From assembly GCF_000181795.1 (NCBI RefSeq), contig NW_003526941.1, positions 3,566,520-3,592,583 on the forward strand: DNA of 26,064 nucleotides, given 5' to 3'. The number at the start of each line of letters is the position of its first letter. Positions within the stretch are counted from its first letter, which is position 1. The notes under the pieces are model-generated. The model was not told the DNA's origin. It did not search any database and was given only the letters and a program-made list of their open reading frames with translations. The DNA comes from Trichinella spiralis. Taxonomy: Eukaryota. The position numbers and the translations under genes are program-made. Positions 1 through 11,585 of the stretch are shown here, one piece after another.

Positions 1-1671
1 TTTCCACCATCACGCAGTGCCGATTATGACGACACATACGAGGATGAATTGACTTGCGTGTCCATGTTGGGCGTATTGGATAGGAAAATTAAAGATTTGG
101 TACAGGTAAAAGTGAAATGTGCTTTTGTTGCATTTCACTTGTTCATAAATTTCTGCATGCTCTCGTAGGAAGAGATGGCTGTTCTTCGGAAAACTTTTGA
201 ATCGGAAGCAAATAGCAGAAAATCATTAGATGGTGCAGGAAATTCGGTTCACAGAGGCCGGAAGAGACCGTTGGGAAGAGATTCATCTGGGCCGCCGCTT
301 TTAGAACGGCACATCGTTCCAAGCAGTGGCTCTTCTTCGTTCAGAATGCCCATTTTGCCAAAGCTTGGTCCAAAGACCACTCCTTCAGCGTAATCGAATA
401 ATATCGTGTGGATTGAGTTTGTTTTTTTTTTGTAATTAAATTTTTCATAAAATTAGGCTGAAATTAGCAAATCCATTATCAAGTTCAGTTACACTGATGT
501 TTTCCGCATCAGAAGGCAATCGATTTGTCCGTATTAGCACACCGCAACAGGTCAAGCCTTCCCAAGCCAATGTGGATGCGATCATTCCATTGTTGAAAAT
601 GTATATTCCTGCGATGCCCGTTGGCTATACTTCTGTGATTGTGTATAATTCAGAAGAAGAAATTGTATGCATATATTAATTATTATATTCCTGTCGTTTT
701 TTTCCATCTTCGATATTTAAATACTTGTTTTTGTTTTTTGCTTTTCAGCCAAAATCTGATACTCCATGCATTGAAATTAGTAATATAATATGTCAGCAGA
801 GTTCTCTTCCGAAACAAGCTATCAAAGTGAACAGCAAGTTGTTCATCAAATTCAGCTTGGATCGCCCAAATGAAAGGATACTGATTTCCAGTGTTGGTAC
901 ACCGTAAGTTGGAATTTTAAAATATTATTTTATTTTTAATTGGAATAATAATTTTTGTTTTGTTTTTTTTTGTGCAGAGGAGGCGGTCGTGTTTTACTTA
1001 GGCCATCGGCTATTCGCAAGGAGGACGCTGTGAAACTTCAAGCAGGCACGTCAAAATTGCCTGCTACTCGTATTCACTGTTTACCTGCAGTGCGCACAGT
1101 TTCTTCATCTTTTGGACAAAGCGACACTGACAAAAAATACAACCAAGCATCTTCTACTTCTTTGCAAACGACGGATTCAAGTGAAATTATTTTTCTATTG
1201 TTATTTATTATTCAGTTGGATGTTTCATTTTATTGGCATTTTTGATGTAGAAGTATCCGTTGCTCCCGTGATCCAAGTTTCCGCCACTCATGGAGTTCGG
1301 TCGGTAGGTCAGAAGTTGATTCTTTTGCAGAGCAATCCATTGGTCATACGAGATAATGCTGCAGTGGTGAACAACAATTCTAACAGCAGTGTAAATTTTA
1401 CTTCAGAAGCTGCCTCAGCAATAACGCTGCGAACTGGGTAATGTTATTGTTGAATATTCGGGTATTTTCTTTTAATAAATTATTTATTGCACATTTTTGT
1501 AGCGAAACCAAACCAACGACAGCCAATGTTTCTGGTGTTAGACTGATTCAAATTGTTCCTCCACGTTCTATGGCGACTGATAGTGGTGCACTGTTAAAGC
1601 CTGGGGCATCCACGACGACGTCAGGCTCAGAGCCTGTATCGAACAAAGGAACAACATCAGAGATCAGTTGA
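1..1671 (+). CDS. 3' part of a multi-exon gene for an uncharacterised Ser/Thr/Pro-rich protein (5' end lies outside the window)
   Basis: Frame-consistent GT-AG exon chain: <1-105, 169-389, 457-664, 749-903, 978-1180, 1251-1437, 1503-1671 (TGA). It joins the short + ORFs at 175, 497, 725, 955, 1112 and 1441 into one frame (FPPSRSADYDDTYEDELTC...DLVQ|EEMAVLRKTF...GTTSEIS*). No recognisable domain. Confidence 0.8.
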
Positions 1672-1995
1672 TCATAATTTTCATTTGTTGAACTTCTTCG
1701 ATTAACTGCAGTTGGTTTTTTCTTTTGCTTTTTCATCCGCAATTGTACCGTATTTTGTACCATATGCCGACTGTTCACGTGAGATGAAGTTTCAATTGCT
1801 GCATTTGGACAATGGATGACAAAAAAGAAACCATTTTATGAAATCACCACTATCGTAAATTTCATACATGAATTTTTAAAAAAAATTTAACAATGTGCTT
1901 GTATATCATCATCATGCTTTATTTTTCTATCTCTTTTACTTCTTTTTTGTATATCTTATTCTTTGTGTATAATTTGATTTACACGGCTGCTTAGC

Positions 1996-2004
1996 TTTAT
2001 TAAA
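1996..2004. promoter_or_regulatory. Candidate bidirectional polyadenylation element TTTATTAAA
   Basis: Reads AATAAA on the minus strand (1996-2001) and ATTAAA on the plus strand (1999-2004), between the convergent stops at 1671 and 2178. A further + strand AATAAA is at 2050-2055. Confidence 0.4.
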
Positions 2005-2137
2005 TGTTGTAGTATTGTAAAAAATGGCAGAAACGAAAAAAAAGATCTAAATAAATGTATGCCGATATGAATTTGCAGAAATATGTGCATGTTTTAATAT
2101 TTCGTTTCAAGTGTAATTAATATTTGTGGTAATAAAA

Positions 2138-2154
2138 GAGAGAGAGAGAGAGAG
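2138..2154. repeat. (GA)n microsatellite in the 3' UTR of the scabrous-like gene
   Basis: gagagagagagagagag. Confidence 0.9.
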
Positions 2155-2177
2155 ACTGACTATAAGGAGGTGGAATG

Positions 2178-4340
2178 TCAAACGACGGGTTTGTAGTGGG
2201 AGGGTCGAATTTTCATTGTACTCTGTTTCAGGTGGATCCAGTCGGATGTGTTGATGTCGAACCATATCATGCCGATATCGTGACGACCGTTCAAATTCGC
2301 CTTCTGACAATGGTTGAACCACCAGCCGCTTTCGTAAAATTTCGCACAGTGAGTACTGCTGGCGTCTTGGTCCCTGTCGCCGGTGCTGAAGCGCATGCCG
2401 TTGTGTTCGCTGAGCGCGTCACTCAAATTGCCCGTATAGCCGCCGACGTGCAACGCGAAACCGTTCACTTCGGAACCCAGGCTGAAATTTGCATACTTGG
2501 CGACGAAATAACGCCCAAAAACGTCGATGGTTTCGATTTTCAAAGCGTATTTCGCGTTGCTGGTCATGGCGTGGATGTGCCGATTGCCGAGCCAGAAGTT
2601 GGAATCCAACTGGCCGAAGCCGTTTTTGTAATTGGTCCAATTTTGATTGAAATCCACACCGCCGTCCAGTCGACGCTGAATTACCGTCCAACCGCCCAAT
2701 TCATCCTGCATATCACAATAGACGCGTACTGTAGTATTGTAATTTTTCAAGTGCAACAAGTGGAGGCCGCTGTGGTAAGTAGCCGCTTGGGATGCAGTTT
2801 CAAAAGTGCAATCTGAAAACAAACAAACAAGGAAAAAAAGTAAGTAAACAAACTGTCTTGTCTGTGTTTTCGAGTTGGCAATTCTATGATCGCAACAATG
2901 ATTACCGTTCGGCAGTTGTTCTTCCAACAGCGATATGCGCAACAGGGCGTTGTTCAGGCTGCGGTTGAATTTAGGTATATTTTCCATGGTGTCCAAAGAT
3001 TTCAAAATATCTTTCGAGTGCTCTTTCAAAGTGGCATAGTCAGCTTTGGAGCGTAATTTCAGATAGATATCTTTTAGCTGGATGTCAATTTGCGCTGAAA
3101 GAGAGAGAGAGAAAGAGAGAAAAGGTGAAGAAAAAAGAGCAAACGGTATGTGTGAGTGCGTGTGTGTGTGTGTGTGTATGTGCGTAGTGTAAATTTTTTG
3201 AAAATTTTCCAATATGCTTACGAAATTTCTTCTCAGCTCGCATAAGTTCGAGTCGGATTTCGGCAAGTTGGACATCCTGTTCCAAATCTTTGTTGTTGTT
3301 CTTGAGCTCGTGAACGGAGATGTTCAAAAAATTAGCCCTCAAATTGTTCAGCTTACTTCCGTAGCGGTGCAGGTCGGTTTCGAAGCGGTTGTTCGATTGT
3401 TTCAAGTGTTGAATCGCGTTGAACTGATCCATCTGCAATCGTTTGATCAAGTCGAGCGTTTTGACAACTTCTCGCCTCGATTCGAACGTTTGGCTGGCGA
3501 TCAGCGTTTCGCGTTCTTCGACCCTTTTCACCAGCGCACAACAGTTGGATACTTGGCTTTCCAGGCGTTCCAGTCGTTCGGAAATGGACTTTTCCCACTC
3601 TTTTGCCCTACCGAACCCACCCCTCGCGAATGCTAATCCGCCAGAGACGTGGCCGCCGCCACTGCCGCTCGAATCGGTCGTGATCGTATCCGTTTCCCAT
3701 TCCAATTTCTCCACGCCAGGGTCCACGAAATTATTCATCCCACTGGCGGCCGCCGGTTCAACAGGAACCAACGCCTCCAGAGTGGACAGGCGTTGGTTGA
3801 ATTCAAGCTCCAGCCTGCTCAGGCGCTTTTCCAACTGTTCAGTGTGCAAGAGTAGATTTTCAATTTGCTTTTCACTTTGTTCCATGTAGGCTAAAAGTTC
3901 GGACGGCTGTTTCATCTCTTCCAACGTTTTGATCTGCACAATGTTGGATGTGAAATTGCTCTGCCGACGGGACAATTTCCACTGCTGTTGTCGCGGCTTT
4001 GCCGTTGTATAAGCAATAAGTTGATCTTCTTCGTCGTAAATTTCACCATCATCTCCAGTGTCCATCGTTTTGGACAACAGATTTTCCAAACGGTCAATTC
4101 TCTTGCGATCGGCATTTCTGGAACAGCAACAAAGCAATCAAAAAAAAACACCCACACCCCCACACACACATGGCTTATTACCTACCTTTCATATTTGAGT
4201 ATAGTTAATTCGTTGATCAAATGTTTATTTTCAATATTAACTTGTTGACAAAATTTTTCACAATTTTTTATTTCACCAAATATAAATGGAATGATTGTGA
4301 TTGAAAATAAATAGATGGATAATAATAATTGATTTGTCAT
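2178..4340 (-). CDS. sca: Scabrous-like secreted fibrinogen-related protein (signal peptide, coiled coil, C-terminal fibrinogen domain), about 624 aa
   Basis: Exons 4340-4186, 4117-3222, 3094-2906 and 2812-2178 total 1875 nt (625 codons) with matching phases. The N-terminus MTNQLLLSIYLFSITIIPFIFG looks like a signal peptide and exon 2 is heptad-rich. Splicing creates LPNDC, followed by VYCDM, GGWTVIQRR, WTNYKNGFG, FWLGN, FSTGDRDQD and THCAKFYESGWWFNHCQKANLNGRHDIGMIWFD. That short C-terminal signature matches my recollection of arthropod Scabrous better than angiopoietins or ficolins. The domain call is firm; the symbol is less certain. Confidence 0.85.
3099..3185. repeat. (AG)n and (TG)n microsatellites in intron 2 of the scabrous-like gene
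   Basis: Read directly; they account for the THTHTH and SLSLS runs in the raw ORF translations. Confidence 0.9.
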
Positions 4341-4432
4341 CAAGTGAAAAGAACAGTTTAAATAAGATGGAATTTTGAAAACAAATGAGCTAAGCTCGCA
4401 GCTAGTGAAAAAGCAGTTAGTTATATATATAA

Positions 4433-4487
4433 AAGAGAGGGAGAGAGAGAGAGAGAAAGCGAGAGCAAGAGAGAGAGAGAGAGAGGG
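4433..4487. repeat. (GA)n tract upstream of the scabrous-like start codon
   Basis: About 55 nt of interrupted GA repeat, roughly 95-150 nt upstream of the ATG at 4340. Confidence 0.9.
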
Positions 4488-5258
4488 AAAAAATGACAGT
4501 TGGTTGTTTTGACGTATGCGAAGATTGGTCTCTGTTTTATAACACTAGAAGCAGGCGTTTGTGCTTTCTTTATTCAATTGTCTTCGGCAACATTGAGCAA
4601 GCCAAAAGCACACCAAGCGGAAAAGCACAGCAGCTTTCACGTTCCGTCTCGTTAATTAGCTTAAATATAGGTCGAGGTCATGCTGCACTCTCATTTCGAC
4701 TATTTTAAGTTTTTTTCTTTTTTATAAATTCTGTATATTTTTTCAAATTCGTAAAACATTACAGTATGTTTTTTAATTTTAAATAAAAAAACCTCTTGCA
4801 TACATGCGCTGTTATTTTTTTCAAATAAACTATTTTTTATTATATCTATTTTATTATTCACATTCAAATATTTCATTCAAAAGTTAATTTTTTATTAAAA
4901 AAACTTACTTCATCATTTTGTAAAAATCAAATTATCCATTTTTATAATAATGAATGTTTGAATTCTTTTCACTTTTGTACCTTACTTCATTTATTTTTTA
5001 CTGAGTACTGTACTTGTGGTATGAATAAGTTTAAGAAAATTCAGTTATTATTTTAAAAGTAAAAAATTCATTTGATAAAGATTTTTTAAAATTTCATAAA
5101 TTTTATTTTATTTTATTAAAGCGGAAAAACAATTTGTACAATGAATGACAACAAGGATGTTACAATGGTCAAACAGAGCAGGTAATAAGGGCTTGATATG
5201 TGGAATGTATGAGTAGGCAGGTATTTTAGCTACCTGAATGTGGCGAAAAGCCTTTGAG

Positions 5259-8200
5259 CTAGTACGGCTTTGCCGTAGATGGCATGTACTGTTTTATTGA
5301 TTGATCCGGTGCTTGAGAACAACAGTAATAGTCGAGACCATTGTAATAACAACTAGTGTCGGGCGGGCAGGTCATTTGACCAGGAAGGCAATGCAAAAAT
5401 GATCCATCGTGATTCTTCACCGGAACTTCACCGCTGGCACAGGGGGGTGGAAGGCGACTGCTGTAGTGCTGTCGACCGGAAGCTACACCTAATCAAGCAA
5501 AAAAGTCATATTTATTTTGCCATGTGAAAAAAAGTAGAAAAATTTTTTTTTACCATATGGTTCGACTGGTAATGAAGGAGCAGGTGAGGTGGGTGCAACT
5601 GACTGAAGATATGGCACTTGAGCAGTAGCTAAAATACATGCCAAAAGTGTATTACGTGTACATCATCACTTCAAGGAAAATTGTAGTGCAAAAAAATTTA
5701 CCGTAAGGTGGAGGCGGTGAATGCATAACTGAAATTGGAGGTGTTACATAAGGTGGTGAAGATTCAAACTCGGAAGCGCTTATTGTGGGCGGTGGAAAAT
5801 ATTCATTATTATTGTACAACTGTTGTTCTTGTTGCATTAGTTCACCTGACGAAAGTTAATTTTCCATTTATTGTCATGTACAAAAATATTCGACGATACT
5901 ACATACCAGGAATGTAACGAATTTCTTGTTCAGGAAAAGTAGGAGGAGCCATTACATGCAAAAGTGGAGGAGGTTGGGGCGGTGAGATTGTTGGACCTTG
6001 TTGAACATCCGGTTCTGGTGTAATTTTGTAACCGGAGAAAACATTTTTCGGTTCAAATCCTGGAGCTTCTAAATAAAGTATCATTTGTGAAAATTTGAAC
6101 TGATAAAATTGTAAACTTGCTCAAATTTGTCTATTTCTCAGAACCCTCCAATACTGATTTTTAGATTTTATTTTTTTTAAAAGTTTTCCAACAATCAAGC
6201 TACTACTATTCTAAATTATGCAACAATTAAACTGCTTGATTTACTGTTATCTAAGTTTCTATCATTTTTATCAGTTGGCGTCATTTTTGTTCCTAAAATC
6301 TCATCTGGTTGAATTTTTTTCACAAATAATTGCACGAATTAAATATTTTCATACTTGGTGAATCTTTGTCTTTTGAAAGTGAATCCGTAAGCTTCTCTTC
6401 CGGAGGAATGTATCCAGGCGCCGCTGGAAAATGGAAATTTATCAAATGAAAATATAATGTCAAATGGACAACTTTACACTTACAGGTCGGGCTTGCAGTG
6501 ACTTCTGGTTCAGAATCTAAAGCACAAAAAATGCATTGTAATCTATGCAAACTGAATTTTTAGAAAATACAACTGATTGTGAAAAAGTTTAGTTTTGGCA
6601 GTGCTGTTTTGATATTTAATTTGATTTGATTTGATTTTTTAATACTTAAAGAAATTTAAAAAACATTTTCAAATAAACATTAATGGATGAATGATTTTTT
6701 TACCGTCATCTTCTCGAGCTTGTTTTCTTTCTTCGTATTCTTTTTCTACTTCTGAAAATGAAAAACACTTCTATGCAATGTTCAATTTAGCATGTCGATT
6801 CAAATTTACCATCAGCTATTCTTTCACAATGAAATATGCAATTTTCTTTTGAATAAAAGTGATTTCGGTTTCCACCACAACCGCCGTATTGAAAACTTCG
6901 ACATTTTTTAGTACCTCGATCGTAGTACCAGCGTTCAACATAATTTGAGCATCTTCCTGGATGCTGAAAATATTTGCTCCTGTTATGAACATCTTATGTT
7001 TTGAACACGATGTATTTTTATTATTCATCTTATACACGTGAGGGGACATCTTACACTTTGGTCGAACAATTGCTTACCAATTCATCAAGACACTTTGCCA
7101 AAGGATCCTGTTCATCATTAATCATTGCAAATACGATCGCACTTCCGGGCATCTGGCCTTCAGAATGTTGACCATTTTCGCCTGTATATACGGGCACAAG
7201 GGGTATGGAATGTTCTCGAGAAGCTTAAAAACACAACAACAATAATGTAATAAAATTAATTTGTCTATCTATCTAGATGAAATTTTGAAATCAAAAAGAA
7301 TTACCCTGCCAAATTTCATCATTCATGTCAACTTTAATTCGTCGCGCTAATTGCTTGCAAATTTTTGTCAAACTATCTTTATCCAATCTTATAGTTCTAC
7401 CATCTCGAGTATTCAAATCGACAGACGTATTTCCTTCTGCAACAAGATCAACCAGTGTTTCTTCAAGATCCCCTACTGTAGAAGCGGTTTGGTTTTCTTT
7501 CAGCTCTTTTGTAATTTTGTCAATGACTGCATGAACAACAGCATGAGTATCGCCTTCAGAATCATGTTCATCTGGTGTTTCTTGTTCGTTTTCTGACCGA
7601 GTCGTGTTCCAATTTTCTTCCAATTCTGATATGCTTTCTGTTGTACTGAGATCATCACTTTTAACAGTGGTCTCTTTAAATTGATCACTTTTGTGAACGA
7701 CTTGCTGTAAAACATTTGGAACGGTCAGTGTTTCTGTCTTTTGACCTTAAATGTTAATTTTATCAAATTACACGAGTCCGGAATTGTGTGCTATGCATGC
7801 AAAAAAGAAAAATACCTCGGACACATCTCCTTCTGCATTCTTGACTGGAAGAAAAGCTGTTAGCGTTGCCACCGCATCCGGTAAAAATGAACAATTTGCA
7901 ATCTCCAATTGATGGATCATAATACCATCGAATGAACTCGTCATTGCAAAATCCAACATCCAGTGGACGATAGCAAATATCATCGGATGCAGGATAGTCA
8001 ATTTCACTTTCTAAAAGTAGAAGATAAATAAATCTGCAATAAATCGAATATGCTAAAAATGCTTACGCGCATTGCACATTTTGAGGCATTCTTTTTCATT
8101 TGCAAAGTTGTTCCCGTTTCCTCCGCATCCTGAATATGAGAACTGCTTGCACGCACCTTTTGGTCTGTCATAGTACCAACGGTTGTAGCTTTCTTTGCAA

Positions 8201-11200
8201 GTACCCTTATCAACCGGATGATGACAAACATTCAGCGGTAAGCCTGAAAGAGTTTTTCTTTTTTGAAAATTTTCTCCTCCTCCTCTTTTCTTTCAATCAC
8301 ATAAACTAATATGTACGTTCAATGCAAACGTTGACGCATTCCAGCTGTGATGCGAAATTGTTGTCATTTCCATTACATCCGGTGTATACGAATGCTTCAC
8401 ACTTGTGATTGCCTTTGTTATAATGCCAGCGGACATCAACTCCATCACAGTTACCAGTTTCTACGGGCTGAAGACAGCCGATTGGAATTGGCTGAAAGAG
8501 ATCTTCGTTGTCTAAATGTTTTAAAATAAATTGTTTCACTCCATTTCAAAAAAGATTTCTTCAAATTAAAAAATTGTTCACTCACTGTTGACTTTCATAG
8601 CTGGAAAACTCACTGCAGCTTTCAACCTTTGTACCAGCTCAGTATCTTTACTTTCTTCATCAGTATAATCTTAAAATTATAATTATTACAATCAATAAGC
8701 CATGTAAAAAGTGTAAAAATGAAAAATTTGAATTAAATCTAAAATTTACCAGTCGTTTCGTAGTCATTGTCATCGGTGTCGTCAACTCCAATAGTATCAC
8801 TGCTTGAATCACCTGAAATTCACATTTAGTGTGAAAATTTGATTTATTTTGCAACACCAATTTCACCTCTGACACATGCGGATATGCATTCCTCTTTGCC
8901 GACAAAATTGTTCTCATTTCCATCACAACCGCCGTATATAAATTTTCGGCATTTGTTTGCCGAAGGGTCATAATACCAACGTTGAAAAGCGCCTCTGCAG
9001 ACTCCAACTTTTTTAGGTAGCATACAAGGATCTTAAAATTGAAATTTGCATGCGTGTGTGCGATTGAAAGAAAAAGAAAAATTCCCTCCACGAAAACTGC
9101 ATACCAGCACAAACATCAGTACAATGCTTTTCAGTGAGGAAGTTGTTTCCATTTCCGCCGCAACCGCTGTAAATGAACTGCACACACTGGTTCTTTTTCG
9201 CATCCCAAAACCTTAAAGCAAATTTTGCCAGTGAAAGGTATAATTATTTTCATATTATTCAAATTTTTATGTTTTATGTTTCCAATCAATTACCATCTTC
9301 TCAGTCTTCTGCTACAGTGTCCTTTGACTGCGGGTTGTGAACAACGTTGGAATTTATTATCTTCAGAATTTTCAGCCGACGGTTTTCTGGTACCGTATTC
9401 TATTCTATCAGAAAAGCTAGTCTGCACAGTATGCTGCGCTGGCTTCACGGTTACAGAAGAAACAGTGTTGACAACAATCAGATCGGGATCTTTGTCTTGA
9501 ACAACCCGTGATGGTTTCAACTCAGGCTTTTTCTCTGAGCTTTTCTGTTGTTGTTGTTGTTGTTCTTCACCACCTTGAGTGGTTTCAAGTTGAATTAATT
9601 TTTCAGCAATTTGCTTTTGATTCCATCTTGTCGTGGAATCTTTACGACCTCCACAAGTTTGTTTGCAATCAGAAAGACGCTTGAAGTTGTTCTGATTTCC
9701 TCCACAACCTCCGTAGAAAAAATAGTTGCACTCTTCCAGTTGAACGTCGTAGTAGAATCTCAGTTCGAATAAATCACAAAATCCTCTCTCTTTTTTCTGT
9801 TCACACAGTGCCGGTCTTGTTTTCAAATTTGACGCTACTTCTGTAATAAAACAAGAGATAAAGGTAACAATGTTTCTGCACAGTGCAATTTTGGTACCGT
9901 TGTTGAGAATATCCGGACAACAGTAGGCCTTTTCACTGGTGTATATGCATTTGAAATCACTTGGACAGCTTTGCAAAAAGCAGTCGAACAAATTCCCGTT
10001 GGTATCCACCAACGGACTGGTGCGCTTTGGGCATACTGGTTGACGATGTTCTTTGCAAGAAATTTCACACTCTTCCTCCGTACGGTAGTTGTTCCCGTTG
10101 CCTCCGCATCCACTGTACGTGAACGTTTGGCACTTTGACAATTGAAAATCGAAATACCTGCAAACAATTTCGACCGTATTAATTAATTATTTCATATGAA
10201 AAATTGAATTTTAACAATTTTTTCAATCATTTTCTTGAGAATTTTTCTTCATTTGTATATTGTTTTGTACAAACTAAGTAAGTACAATAGGAAGAAATCA
10301 TCTTCAACTGATTGACATTCTTATTGTTGAATTGAAAAAAAATAATTTTACTTACTATTTAATCTAATCTAATCTAATATAATATAATATAATATAATCT
10401 AGCTGTGAAGTAATATAATAATTTTGTGCGATTGGAGATGATGAGAAAAAATGAAATGTGCTGAAAATGTATGAATTTGTATATGCATTGAAATGGAAAA
10501 ATCTGATTCTGTGCAGATGCAACGGAAGAAGAAGCTCACCATCGTTGTGTTTCATTTTTGCAATGACCTGCATCATAAGCAACACTGCACTGGGATGAAA
10601 ATTTATTCGATATTGGGGCACTTGTCAACTGAGGCTGGGCAGTTGCTACGGTCGGGACAGTGGGCCGGCCTTAAAAGTATTTCAAATGGTCAATTTATTT
10701 ATTGTTCATTGAAATCACCAGCTGACTGTCTGTCATTGTTATTATTACCAATTTTTCGAATTCTAATAATGTCGACATGTTTTGTCACTTTTGGAATTTC
10801 TTTTGAAACTTCCAATGAAGAAGGAGGAGACGACGATGATGATGCTTTCGACGGTGCAGGAGTTTGCTGTAAATCATCTGCAGCAAAAATATTATAACAA
10901 TACAAGAGTGATAAGCAAAGTAAAGTATAATAAAATAAAGTTACCTGCTAGGTTGGAATTTAGACAGCGTCGTTCACATTCTGCAGCTGATTTAAATAAG
11001 TCTAATTTTTGTTCATTAGCACCTTCGCACAGTGAAGCTGGATAAGCAACGCATCGGCCATCTTTAACATAATAGCGCAATGCGATTCTTAATTTGCTCC
11101 CATCGGAGCATGCAGATTGAAATTGTTGACGAAAGCAAGCATTTTCTTCCGCATTCACTAGAAGGTGAAGAAGAAGGTGAAAAAATAACAATATATATAT

Positions 11201-11288
11201 ATATAAGTTTCAAATTCAACTTACCGAAGCTGAGATATAAAAGCAGAACTTGAACACTGAACAGTACCACATTCTGGACTTGTGCCAT
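5259..11288 (-). CDS. Secreted multi-Kunitz/BPTI protein with WR1/lustrin-cysteine modules and a Pro-rich linker, about 1292 aa (nematode extracellular-matrix or moulting protease-inhibitor type)
   Basis: 24 frame-consistent exons: 11288-11225, 11157-10945, 10877-10749, 10669-10540, 10157-9898, 9840-9294, 9211-9105, 9031-8867, 8812-8750, 8669-8586, 8511-8317, 8243-8067, 8010-7816, 7745-7305, 7223-7078, 6963-6810, 6751-6704, 6516-6484, 6423-6355, 6292-6245, 6068-5907, 5845-5702, 5628-5554, 5488-5259 (3879 nt). Signal peptide MAQVQNVVLFSVQVLLLYLSFVNA. Eight domains carry F.Y.GC.GN.NNF-type motifs and 6 Cys. Two CP/CA...C....CP....C......YCC modules lie in exons 5 and 24. Confidence 0.9.
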
Positions 11289-11391
11289 TCTATAAAATAT
11301 ACAATAGTAGAGAAAGCTGTTAAACTTTGTTGAAGCGAAATTTTCGAAATGAAGCACGTTCAACGTCTCTGCAACTAATTAACTATACGCG

Positions 11392-11400
11392 TATACATAC

Positions 11401-11472
<72 letters not shown>

Positions 11473-11481
11473 GTATGTATG
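11392..11481. repeat. Compound microsatellite (TACA)n(TA)n(TATG)n, self-complementary, forming the palindrome centre
   Basis: Read directly from the sequence. Confidence 0.97.
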
Positions 11482-11585
11482 CGCGTATAGTTAATTAGTT
11501 GCAGAGACGGGGAACGTGCTTCATTTCAAAAATTTCGCTTCAACCAAAGTTTAACAGCTTTCTCTACTATTGTATATTTTATAGA

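Noticed and set aside
2175..3889. Long + strand ORFs (213, 140 and 148 aa) antisense to the scabrous-like exons
   Set aside because: They coincide with the GC-rich sense exons and show no protein-like motifs, so they are antisense shadow ORFs.
4182..4192. Alternative 11-nt first exon (ATG AAA GGT AG) for the scabrous-like gene
   Set aside because: It is frame-compatible but gives no signal peptide; the 4340-4186 exon explains the secreted architecture better.
5702..5790. PPxY (WW-binding) motifs in the Kunitz protein
   Set aside because: The protein is predicted to be secreted with no transmembrane segment, so the motifs are likely by-products of Pro/Tyr-rich composition.
5259..11288. Naming the gene mlt-11 or papilin (mig-6)
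   Set aside because: No thyroglobulin, TSP1 or Ig domains were seen, and orthology cannot be established without a phylogeny.
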